DNA from: the human T2T-CHM13v2.0 reference genome, Homo sapiens | Assembly: GCF_009914755.1 (NCBI RefSeq) | Contig: NC_060947.1 | Length of the DNA: 64,000 nt | Reading direction: 5' to 3' (one strand) | Part shown: positions 35,976 through 50,580 of the stretch, piece by piece | Numbering within the stretch: position 1 is the stretch's first letter | Layout of the letters: every line of letters starts with the position of its first letter | Made by a program: the position numbers and the translations under genes | Notes under the pieces: generated by a model | Database searches by the model: none | Seen by the model: only the letters and a program-made list of their open reading frames with translations | Told to the model about the DNA's origin: nothing

Positions 35976-36681
35976 TCAATTTTTCTTATGGTAAAATAGG
36001 GATGATAATAATACTGTCTATCTAATAGAGTTGCTAAGAGGATTGAATGGGATAAGCCATGTCAGATACTTAGCACAGTGTGGGTTGTATGTTACTCATT
36101 CATTAAATATACATTTATGAAGTGTTGGTGATGTACCAATAATTTTTCTAGTGATGTAATACAGCAGTGAACAAGAGAGAGAAAGTCCTGCTCTCTTAGT
36201 ACTGTGTTCAATGCTGATGGTGGAGGGGGATTCAGGCCCTTTACTCAAGGAACTTTTATTATCACATAGTGTCTTTGCTTTCTGCTCCATTTATTACAAT
36301 TCTTAGTCCGTGAGTTATAATTAAGTTTATTTTCATTCTTTTTTGTTTAATTAGGCAAATATGAAAGCTATGAATTTCCTTTAGACTCAGCTTTGGCCAT
36401 ATGCCATTAGATTTGATGCTGAGTGTTTCTATTATTACTATTTCTAAGACATTTGCAATTTTGGTTTTGTTATGTACTATTTCTACTTTTTGGAAAGTGT
36501 TGAGGTATTCCAATTTTGATGATTTAGTTTTTTTTTGTCCCTACTATGTGCAGAATTCTGTGTTCCTAAAGAAGAGAGACAGTGAAGAGAGACCTGTCTG
36601 ACTTGAGGGGTGTTTAGAAGGGGCTAGGGGAATACAGGACTGGAAAGACCATTGCCTGAGGGCATTGAGGTGCAAGCTTCA

Positions 36682-37258
<577 letters not shown>

Positions 37259-37420
37259 TTAAGACTCCCTCCCTAGAAATCTAATCAAATAACCAAGAAA
37301 GATCAACCATGGAGAAGAGATGGGCAGTCATCACCATGACCCGATGGACTTTTCATGTATTTGTCTGATGACAGCTGCAAGAGATTACCTAAGGGACTTT
37401 ATCTGCATAATAAGAAAACA

Positions 37421-39020
<1,600 letters not shown>

Positions 39021-39482
39021 GACAGCATTAGTTCTTGTATAGTTCCACCCCTCACTTTCCCTTAACTTGTTGGCACCGTCCAGAGTCCAAAGATAATCAT
39101 TTATAAAATAATGTTTGCCTCCCAGGTCCATTCATTTCTCCCTTATGAAGAAAGTATTTATGTCTCAAACATCTGACTTTTCTTTGAGCCTCAAACTTTG
39201 TGTATGGTTTCCATGTCCATATGCATGTTAATAAATTTTGTATGCCATTTTCTCCTATTAATCTGCCTATTGTAAGTTCATTTTTAGTGAACCTTTAGAC
39301 AGCAGAAGGGAAGCTGCAAAAGGATGCACAGGAATGGCAGGCTCATATCCTATTTTAGGGAGAATAATGCTATTTAGGGAGAATAATGCCTTATTCTTGG
39401 GATATTATTGCTCGGGATTTGAGAGAGGGGAACATGCTAGAGACAAGGAGACCAGTCAGAAGAGCTTTATGTTAATCTAGGA

Positions 39483-39657
39483 CAGCAGTTCTCAAACTTG
39501 ATTGTACATGAGAATCCTCTGGAGGGCTTGTTGGGGCCCCACCCCAGAGTTTCTGATTCAATAGGGCTGTGGCAGAGGCCTGAGAATTTGCATTTCTAAC
39601 AAGTACCCAGGTAATGCTGATGCTGCTAGTCAAGGGACCGCACTTTAGGAACCACTC
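39483..39657. mobile_element. MER5A hAT MITE
   Basis: cagcagttctcaaactt...ccccaccccagagtttctgattca...gaatttgcatttctaacaag...gaaccactc; TSD atctagga/atctaaga. Confidence 0.85.
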
Positions 39658-40323
39658 ATCTAAGAGAGAGATGTTGAGAACCAGAGCCAGACTGGTGAAA
39701 GACGAACTAGAGAGGAGAGAAAGTATATGAAAGATATTTGGAAGGAAGGAACCACAGGACTCGGGGATTGGACATGGGGGCAAGGGAGCCAGACAAATAA
39801 AAGATGACTTCAGAGTATCAAACCTAGGTGCCTTGGAGGATATGAGAATCACAGAGGCAAAATCCCAAACATTTGGAAGTGGAATGAAGTCACTTGACAG
39901 GTACTGGGAAAATATATGAGGCCTTATTCCATAAGCATCTGCACCATGGCACTCAAGTTTAAAGGCCTCCTGTGTTGTCTTCAGAGAGAGGCTAATGAGA
40001 AGTAGAAAGACCAAGTCTGTATTTTGTCTCTCCTTTTCTAGAATATAACCTTTGAGTAGAGGAGGAAACAGAAGATAGAAAGCAGGGTATACGAAAGTTA
40101 GAAGGGGCTTAAATAGTCTGGAAACAAAGAACACATCATTGGGTTGCTAAGTACATTCAGTGAGTACTGAATGTATATGGGCAAACACTAATAAGGAAAA
40201 GGTAAATCAGTAAAACTCAGCATGGGCCACGTAGGGTAGCTCCAGGATGCTACCTGAGATCACTGGTGCAATTTCTGAGATAGGGCATCTCAATTCCAGA
40301 CCACCTAACCTTCCCTAGTTTCA

Positions 40324-40767
<444 letters not shown>

Positions 40768-42248
40768 TCATAGCAATGCAGAAATCTGAGTGAGGAAACA
40801 GAGAAAGACCAAAATATCCTTAGATACGTGGAGGTCTCAAGTGGCCAGTTATGGAGGCAGCCCTGCTAAGGGGTTAGAAAATCCTAAACTACTTCAATGA
40901 CGCCGTCTTTTTTCCGCTTACAAAGAAGTATAACAGAAAAAGCCCAGGCTTTGGGGTCAGGAAGACCTGGGCTTAAATCCTGGTTTTATGACTTACCAGT
41001 TCTGTGGCCTTGAGTAAGTTACTCAAGCCCTCTGTGCTTTATTTATTACTAAGGTTGATGATACTAAGGTTATCAATCTTAATAATATTACTCGCAGTTA
41101 TCATTTAGTGACTGCTTACTGTGTGCCAGGTCCTGTGCTACACAATAATTCCTACCTCATAAAGCTATTGTGAGAGTTAAATAAGATATACATTATCAAA
41201 GCAACTGGCATAGGGTAAACCTCCTAAGACATGGCATAAGCTAATTCCTACCTTCCTTCTCTTCTGGTGCCTGAAAATATTCATGGTAACACTTCTGATT
41301 AGTGATGCAAAGTTGGAAATCTTCTTTGGCCAATTTCCTTCAGGCTCTAGGTCTCTGGTCCTATGCTAATTTTCAGGATTACATTTGTAACTGTCCCACA
41401 TGCACATCCTGGATTGAAATCCTATTTCAGTTCTAACTGCAACCCTGCTTCTTGCTGCTGCTCAATGGGGAAAGGGGTATTGACTCCAATAGGCCAAAGC
41501 CAACTGCAAAAGATAAACATGTACCCTCTGTGCCTGCTCATGATTTTTTCCTCTGCCATTTCAAATGAAAAGCTAACAGATCTGAGAATCTGTATGATTA
41601 AATTCTGATAAGTGAATGGTCTGTTTTATTTGTATCATACCTAAATCCAGGTTATATTTAATAGAATTAGTTTTAAAGTAAAAACCTAGTTATTGAGCTC
41701 CTACAATGTGTTTAAACTGTCTCTGGGAGACAAAGGTAAAAAGATAGCCTTTGTCTTCAATCACATAGAATGAATCGCAGTATAGAGCTCTTGCCTCATA
41801 GTTTACAGGTAAAATTTATACACATTCCTCATTAACTCCCTGTAGCATCCCTGTGAGATGGGAATGATTATCTTCTCCAAGGGAGAAAATGAGGCTCAGA
41901 TCTATTAGGTGTTGGCTCCACTTTTCCCCTCATCCCTGAGGCCTCCAGGCCACTCTGGAGGCTGAGTTAGGATGGACCTATTCCAGTGTCTTTCATTACT
42001 TAACTGTTTTGCCAGCTAAAGGACATGGAAATGTGCTAAAGAGCCCCTTTTCTCACCTTCTGGATGTAAGAAAAGATAAAGACATGAAGCTTCCACCAAC
42101 ATTTACCTCAGTCTTCCAGGTAATGACATCCCTGCTTTGGCAGAGGGAGAGGCCTACCTTATATCAAGTGGTATTTGCAATTCATGTGCTTGTGTCTTTC
42201 TGGGAAGTTAGTATTTGAAGATGAGTGTTGCCTCTTGCCCTGAGCAGG

Positions 42249-42384
42249 CCCAAATGACAAATTTCTCTCCACATCTAAATCCCAAGAGAACAGGGTGCTG
42301 TTTCACTGCCTCAAGACCCAAATGACAAATCTCTCTCCACATCTAAATCCCAAGAGAAGAGGGTGCTGTTTCACTGCCTGAAGA
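42249..42384. repeat. Tandem duplication, 2 x 68 bp (65/68 identical)
   Basis: cccaaatgacaaat(t/c)tctctccacatctaaatcccaagagaa(c/g)agggtgctgtttcactgcct(c/g)aaga occurs twice. Confidence 0.95.
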
Positions 42385-45300
42385 AGCACTGATACATTCT
42401 TCCACTACTTTCAAGTAAAGTGAAAGTAGTGAAAGTGGCTAAACAAACAGCACTTAGAGTAAGCATTTGCCAATACACAGCACAAAACTTTAATGATACT
42501 AATTGTAGACTGCCTCTGTGCCTTTACCTTGTAAACAAAAATGAGTGGGGGAGAGAAGGGATAGTGTGACCTCCTAAAGTGAGGACCAACAACCCAATTA
42601 GCTTCTATTTATTTAATCAATACAAACACACTGAGAGCCTCTATTGTGTCTAGCACTCTGCTAGCCCCTGCTAGGGGATAGGAAACAATACAACCCTGCT
42701 CATTGAAGGCTGGAGGCCTCACAGAAAGTTTCATAAAGATGGTAGCTCTTAGGCTAATCCTTGGAGGATGAATTAAACATGAAAGTGTGGGGGCAGTCCA
42801 GGCACTGCCGAGTGCAACAAGAAAGATGAGATCAGTTATGGCCTAGTTGGGTGATGGGTTGGGGGGAATGCAAGGGGTCTTATTTTTTCAGCTTAATAGG
42901 ATATAGGGATTAGAGGTGAGCTAACATTCCAAGGCAATAGCTCATAATCTTGGTATCCTCATCTGAAAAATGGTCTTGAACACTTGCTGCCCATTTGCCA
43001 TTTAAGAGGCTACCATGGAAGAAAAGGCTAGATGTCCTTTCAGATGGTGTCACTGGTGGTGTTACTGGTATAGGAAGCATTACTGCTACAGGAAGATCTG
43101 CAACCCCTTTAGTAAGGCACAGTTGTGGGGGGAAGCAGAAGAATATTGTATCCCAGGGAAAGGTGAGAATGAAGGAAACTAACTCAATCGGTGTCCTATT
43201 ATGTGCCAGGCACTGTGCCAGAAGCTGGGGCAATAAAGTTATAAAAATAATCATTAGTTTTGAATACTTAATGTGGCTCAGGCATGGTGCCAGGTACTGG
43301 AGTGGCACTATTACTACCACTGCCTCTAATGGTAATCATAATGAAGGCAACAAGCAGTACCATTCATTGAACTCTCACTATGTGCCAGATGCATGGGTTA
43401 AAGTAGTGAAGAGAGACAACAGTAAAATCATGGTAATTTGTAACTTGAGGCAAGTATAATCGGATGATATATAGTCAGTTCAAAGTCCAGTTTTAATTTT
43501 CATCTCTTGCATTTGGAATTAGTCTGGTCTATGTAATTTTCCAGTGGGCTCTGTTGTAAGAGGCTTCAATAGTATTCCTCTTTAGAAAAAATAAATCTAC
43601 AAAGGTTTGCCTGAGATTTTACCATTAGAGTCACTCTTGCTTTAAGGGACTACATTGCCAAAACTACCCCTGGATGAAATAATAAATCACATGGCTAAAA
43701 ACTAGTAATATATTAACATGAATTCCCTCATTAGGAACGTTGCTGTGACTTTGGAATTAAAGCAATGTCTGGCTAAAAGAATGCGGGTGAAGTGATGGAG
43801 GGTAAAGGAGAGGTCTGGTATCCAGCCTTGGAAAACTCTGTTAAATAGTTATGCCCAGCTCTATACTACGAATAAAGAATAATGCAAAAATGGATTTCCT
43901 GCATTGTCTGTTGACATGCAGACTCACATAGCTGTCTAATGACTTGCCTAATTCTTTGCCCTTTTCCAATCCCCCACAGCTGCAGCCACTTGACCCTCAC
44001 TCATAGCTTTAGCCTCAGCCTCACTCCAGGCTCAGAGGCCAATCCTTTCTCTGCATGCTTGCTGTTAGGCCTACTCTGCCATTATTCTGAGAATAAGTAA
44101 CTAGTGATGGAGTTTCTGGTATCTTTTAAGAATGTATTATTTGGAAGGTTTTTCCCCATGACCCTTTACCTTTATACTTGGCAGATGCACTAATCTGCCA
44201 TTAACCAAAGCTAAGCCTCTAGGTATATTCTTAACCAAAGAAACAAAACCTGCCAGTATTTCTTGCCATTCTGCCAGTGAACCCGCTCGCAATGTAGTTC
44301 TCCAACCATGAAAGATTAAGAATTGTCTAACAGGCTGCCTCAGAGGGCTTATCATGTTCCCTCTTTTCTTTGCTGCTGGCCAGAGGCGTTTGTCTAATAG
44401 AATCTGTGACATTTGTGGGCTTAAATGATGCGATTCAAAGAGCTAAATCGATGGACTTGGCAGAAGGCCAGGGCACAAAATGGCTTTGGCAAATCCCAGC
44501 CCAGATTTCTGCCCAGCATAAGACTTCATCTGTGAGGAGGAAAGGCTGGCTTTCTACCTAACTAAGAAAACATCAGTGCCTTCAGAGTGTCGTGGTATCT
44601 GTGCATGGCTTGCACCACGTGTCATGAAGACTGAAGCTTAAATGGTAAAACCCTTGTGACCTCTCACAATTTTCCAAACTTATCTGTCCAGTTGTTTATC
44701 TCTCCAGGGCCTTTCTAAGGCAAGTAAATTTAATCTGATAAATTTGTACGATCTCAGGTGTGAATGACTGGTAACACATTGAATAAATAATTCTTAATAT
44801 ATACCGGGCACTATAATAGAAGCTGATGATAATGGCTGAGTGGCTTAAAACCATACTTCTCCTAGGAAAAAAAATAATATTTGAACAGGGACCTTGAATG
44901 AGCAGTCCAAAAAGTGCCTATAGTGGAAATTTCTTGTATAAAAGCACAGGGGTGGGCTGGTCGTGGGAAAGTTATGGGGTTGTTGATTTTGAGAGCATTT
45001 TGGCTTGAGATTATCACTTTGAGAACTAATTTTAATGTAGTGACACTATTCTTTCCCTGAAAGGTCCAGATCTTGAACCTCCTGCAAAGAACTCCAAAGT
45101 CCATCTAGAATAACCCCCAGCCCAATGAAAAAGTCCCCTTGACAGTATCCTTGTTAAGTGGTTGTTCGGTTAATCAGCACCTCCACAGATGGAAAACTCA
45201 CCACTTCCTCACCTGCGTGGTGAACACTGACTTTCAGCAAATACTCTCCTATGTTCAGCTGAAATCACCTGCCTATAACCTTTATCCCCTGGCCCAAGTT

Positions 45301-45744
45301 CTGCTCTCTAGAGCAGCATCAAGCAAAGCTCCCCTTTATTACACATGACAACTTTCAAATGTTTAATGTCAGCAGTAATGTAGTCCTCTACCTAACCATT
45401 CTCAGTTTCTTCAGTCATTCTTATTAGATACTTTCCAGATTTTGGAGCATCCTACTGGTCTGCTTCTAGTTATAAAGTACTTTGTTTCTCTTAAAGTGTA
45501 ATGTTCAGAAGTGAACATAGTGCTCTAGAAATGGTCAGATCAGCACAGATTATACTGTGGCTTTTTGTTTTTTAGTCCATTCATTCATTCAGCAATGCTT
45601 TGTTGAGGTGATAGTGCTGCAACATCTTGGTTCAGGAGGTACTTTAAACAGTTCTGTATAGTAATATATTTGCAGTAGTTTGTTTTTCATGTGTATAAAT
45701 CTTGTCAATCTAATTATTTCCTTAATTTATAAATAAGGTAAGAC

Positions 45745-45970
45745 TCAACACTTATTCTGTGCCGGATACTGTGTGTGCTAAATGTTTTGTATACATTATT
45801 TAAATTAATACTCACTTTTAGACAGTTACCACTGTTATCTCCCACCTTACAGATAAGGAACCTGAAGCACAGAGAGGTTAAGTAATTTTTTAAGGTCACG
45901 CAGCTAGTAAGTGGTGGGAATGGGATTGGAGTCAAGCTTCTGGCACCAGAGTCTACATTCCTGACTACTT
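45745..45970 (-). mobile_element. MIR SINE
   Basis: ttacagataaggaacctgaagcacagagaggttaagtaa...aaggtcacgcagctagtaagtgg. Confidence 0.75.
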
Positions 45971-47001
45971 CAATGAAGGCAGATTCTTTTGTATGCTCCA
46001 CAAAATCTATGAGAGTGCCAGCAATAGTAGATATTCAGTGTTTCAGTTCAATAAGTGCTTGCTGTGCATCTACTATTTGTCACGCCCAGAGCACTTGGTA
46101 GTAGGGAACACAAATATGCATATATAAATGACATTGCCCTTGCCATCAAGCAACTCCAAGTCCAGAGGGGGAGACAAAAATGTAAATAAGTTAAACATAG
46201 TGCAGGGTGATAGATATTCTAATTGATAGTATGGATACAAAGAAGGAAGTATTCAACTTTAAGTGTTAGAGATAAGGGAAGGCATCACAGAGGAAGTAAT
46301 ATCTGAGCTGTGTCTTGAAGGGTTGATAAGAGTTTCCTACATAGCAATGATCTAGGGATGGTCTTTCTAGATTGTAGACACAGCATGTGCTCAGATGTGG
46401 GTATATAAAACACAATGGTATTTAAGAACACACTGGCCTTCTATCTGCTCTTTAAACCTGTCAAACATGTGATCACATAGGGGTCCTTACACTTTAGTCC
46501 TCTTCCATAAAGCTGCACATTTTCCTTCCTATTGTATAGTTTCAGAACAAATGTCCTCTCTTCAGTGAAGCCTTTCAAGACCACGCTTTCAAGCCCCACA
46601 CATGTCATTCTACATCTCACTATCCTAGCTTCATTTCCATCTACATTTTTTTCAAGGTAAGTTCTTCAAGAACTTATAATTATTTGAATTGACTACATTT
46701 TTATTTGTTCACTATTTTAACATTTGGCTCTCCCAACCCAAATGTAAACTCCATAATAGCCAGAACCTCATCAGTCATGTTCACTATTTTATTCCCAGTA
46801 CCTGGCACATAGTAAGCTCCCAATAAATATGTATTGAATTATTCCATGAAAGAATGGTGGGGATAGAGATGGGAGAATGCTCTGTTGGCAGAGCCCTGCT
46901 TTTGTTTGTGAGATTAACCACATCCCCACGCAGTCATGGGCTCGGGCAAGAAGCCCCTCCTTCACCTCAAGGACTGAGTCTTAATTAGTCTAAGGCTAAG
47001 T

Positions 47002-47033
47002 TATTAGGTTGGTGCAAAAGTGATTGCCTTTTG
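47002..47033. mobile_element. MADE1 (Hsmar1 MITE) half-element
   Basis: TAttaggttggtgcaaaagtgattgc matches the Hsmar1/MADE1 terminal inverted repeat; the second TIR is absent. Confidence 0.7.
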
Positions 47034-47034
47034 T

Positions 47035-47910
47035 GAATCTACAAATCCGAGAAATTCAAAGACCTCCAAGAAGGAAAAACTGAAAGAAATTCCCACTGAT
47101 ACACACTACAATCAAACTGTCAAAAGCCAAAGACAGAGAATCTTGAAATCAGTGAGGGAAGTGACTTGTTACATACAAGTGATGCTCAATAAAATTAACA
47201 TCCAATTTCTCTTCAGAAACCACACACAGAGATCCAAATTCAGTAGATGATAAGCGCTAAAAGAAATAAAATATCTTCAATCAAGAGTTCTATATCCTGC
47301 AAAATGATTCTTCTAAAATGAAGGCAAAAGTAAGACATTCTTAGACAAAAGCTGAGGAAGTTTGTTGTTTACTGACCTGTCCAACAATAGATGCTAAAGG
47401 GAGTCCTTGAGATTGGATTGCAATTTGAAGCCATATGAAGAAATAAAGAACGCTGATAAATGTAACTGCATAGCTAAATTTAAAAGCCAGTATTATTGTA
47501 CTTTTGGTTTGTAAGCCCTATTTTTTTCTACATGATTTAAAAGACAAATGCATGAAACCAAAATTATGAATCTATGTTAGTGGACACATATGATATAAAA
47601 AAGTTGTGACAATAACAACATAAAGGAAAAGAGAGCTGCATAGGAACAGAGTTATTTATACTATTTAAGCTATGTTATTAATTCAAGCCAGTTTGCTATA
47701 TATTTAAGATGTTAATTTTAACCTCCATGGTAGCTACTAAGAAAATAACTAAGAAATAGCTAGAATAGGAAATGAGAAGTGAATTAAAATGATACACTAC
47801 AAAAAGTCAAACACAAAAGAAGGTATTAATGAAGGAATTGAAGAACAAAAAATATATGACATATAGAAAACAAATGGCAAAATGGCAGAAGCAAGTCCAG
47901 TAGTTACAAT
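47035..47910 (+). mobile_element. Old L1M ORF1/inter-ORF fragment
   Basis: aatcaaactgtcaaaagccaaagacagagaatcttgaaa...agagttctatatcctgcaaaa...aaaatgaaggcaaaagtaagacattc. Confidence 0.65.
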
Positions 47911-48315
47911 TCAAAGGATTTGGGTGAGGGCGATGGGACATAATCATGTCACATTTGGATATGTTGGTGTTTGAGGCTTTCTTTGGGGTGGGGGACATCA
48001 GGAGGAGATCCAGTCAGCATCTGAAGCTTATCATTGAGAGCTAGTAATATAAAATTGGGAATCATTGCATATTGATCAAAGGTTCTCAACCCTGGCTACA
48101 TATTAAATACCCTTTTACAAATATCCATGCTTAGGTCACCCCTCCTCTCCACAATGACATTTTAAAATAGCTCCCCAGGTGAACCTAACATGCAGCCAGG
48201 ATGATGTATCATATTATAAGTGGTAACTGGAGCTGTTAGGAATTGATATGATCACGAGGGAGAATGCAAAGAGATCAGGGGAACTGGAAAAGAAATTTCT
48301 ACTTAGGATGGTAGT

Positions 48316-48518
48316 CTAGCACGCTGTCTAGTACAGTAGCCACTAGCCACAAGTGGCTATTTAAATTTAAATAAATTAAAATGAAATAAATTCAATTCCT
48401 CAGTTGCATCATCCACATTTTAAGCACTCAATAGCTACATGTGGCTCACGGTTACTGTACTGGAAAGTATAGACATAAAACATTTTCATCATTGTGGAAA
48501 GTTTTATTGGATAGTGCC
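48316..48518. mobile_element. MER3 hAT MITE
   Basis: cagtagccactagccacaagtggctattt...ctcaatagctacatgtggct...gaaagttttattggatagtgc. Confidence 0.78.
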
Positions 48519-49138
48519 AAATGACCCAAATTTCTCTTCTGACTCTAAAAGGACTATAATACAGGGGACTCTTTCAATTTTAAGGTTAAAAATGCAGTGC
48601 CTATGTTAAAATGTCAGTACTTTCATTTGAATAATGTATTTTCATGGCTATAAACACGTGTGATTTTATTTTTGTAAGCTTTTTCCTCTCCTTCTCTCCA
48701 ATGTCCAGGGGAGGTTTGTATAACCACTGACATCTGGATGAAATCAATATATTTTATTTTCACTGAGGTGAAGACATAAGTAAAAAGTTATATATTTGTT
48801 TCCCTTAAGTCATTCAGCTGCATGGGGGATTTTAAATCTGTTGCTCAACACTCATTATCACTTTGTCTGCGTGATATTCTTTGAAGTAGTCAAGGTAAAA
48901 GCAGAATGGAAACACACTGAAACAGCAAATAATAAGCAGCGTAATTCGTTAAAAGTCTTGCATTTCATTACTAGTCTTGGATTGTCTTTAATCCCAGATC
49001 CCACAGGCCATCAGAAATGAGCCTGTCCCATTTCCGTTGCCCCTTTACTTTGGAATGTAATATGACAATGTTCACACAGGAGCTTATTGGCCAAACTTCC
49101 TTAAATGGGACAAAGGGACTACTTTACAAAATTGTTTT

Positions 49139-49453
<315 letters not shown>

Positions 49454-50203
49454 TACAAAATTGTTTTTAAATGATAACAGTTAGGGAATCTGGATGAAAG
49501 GTACATGGGAGTTCTTTTTACTATTTTTGTAATTTTTCTATGTGTCTGAAATTATTTCAAAACAAAAATTGCAAAAAATTACTTAAACCAGCAAATCATG
49601 AATACATAAAATAAAACTATATGGCTTAAAATAAATCTTTCCAGTCTTCTTCCCCTATGCATTTTTAAATTAACTCATCCTTAATACACATTTTTCTACC
49701 CAGTTTTCTTTACTTAATATTGTGTAGGAATTTTTCATACATAATTATCTGTAATAACACTCTTTGCATATACTGCCCTTCCCACCACCAATTTCTCTTG
49801 TGGGGAAGTAGCTCTGACAGGTGAGATTGAGATAGTATGCTTTCTACCATTCTGTGTTAAAATACTCTACTAAAATGGCTACATAATGTTTCATTCGGTC
49901 ATGTCAGGTATACTACAATGTATTTAACTAGTCTCAAGCTTGGGAATATTTAAGATTTCTTTCATTGATCTATATTATTGTAAATGAAGCTGAGAGAGAT
50001 ATTTCTGTACATAAAGATCTTCACATATATCCAGGTTATTTGCTCAGTATAGCTTCCTAGAAGTCAAATTACTGGACCAAAACCTGGCAGCATTTTTAAA
50101 GCTCTCAACACATACTGCTGAACTTCTTCCTAAATTATTTTATTGATTTAACAGCAGTGGCTTTCTAAGGGGAATGAAAACATATCAGAAATCCCAGGAA
50201 ACA

Positions 50204-50580
50204 ATCAACAGTTGACTGGATTTAAAAAAATGTGGAATAGTATGTAGACATAAAAAGAAAGAAATCATGTCCTTTGCAGCAACATGGAGGGAGCTGGAGG
50301 CCATTATCCTAAGTGAACTAACTCAGAAACAGAAAACCAATACCACATGTTCTCATTTCTAATTGGGAACTAAACAGTGGACACACATGAACATAAAGAT
50401 GGAAATAATAGACACTGGGACTCCAGAAATGGGGATGATAGAAGGGGAATGAGGGTTGAAAAAATATCTATCAGGTAGGGTTCACTATTTGGATAATGGG
50501 TACACTAGAAGCCCATTCCCCACCAGTACCCATGTAACAAACAAGCACATGTATCCCCAAATCTAAATAAAATTAAAAAA
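50204..50580 (+). mobile_element. Short L1 3' end (L1PB4/L1MA-like)
   Basis: gaaatcatgtcctttgcagcaacatgga...catgtaacaaacaagcacatgtatcccc; perfect 17-bp TSD agaaatcccaggaaaca (50187-50203 and 50581-50597). Confidence 0.88.

Noticed and set aside
39350-39390. Short ~20-bp tandem duplications (also ~62195-62230 and ~15592-15645)
   Set aside because: Ordinary slippage events with no further structure.
39472-40134. 220-aa minus-strand ORF
   Set aside because: Runs through MER5A and L2-like sequence; low-complexity Leu/Ser/Phe composition with no domain.
42910-43459. Overlapping 136- and 154-aa ORFs
   Set aside because: Include repeated MIR/L2-type tail motifs (tgtgccaggcac); not protein-like.
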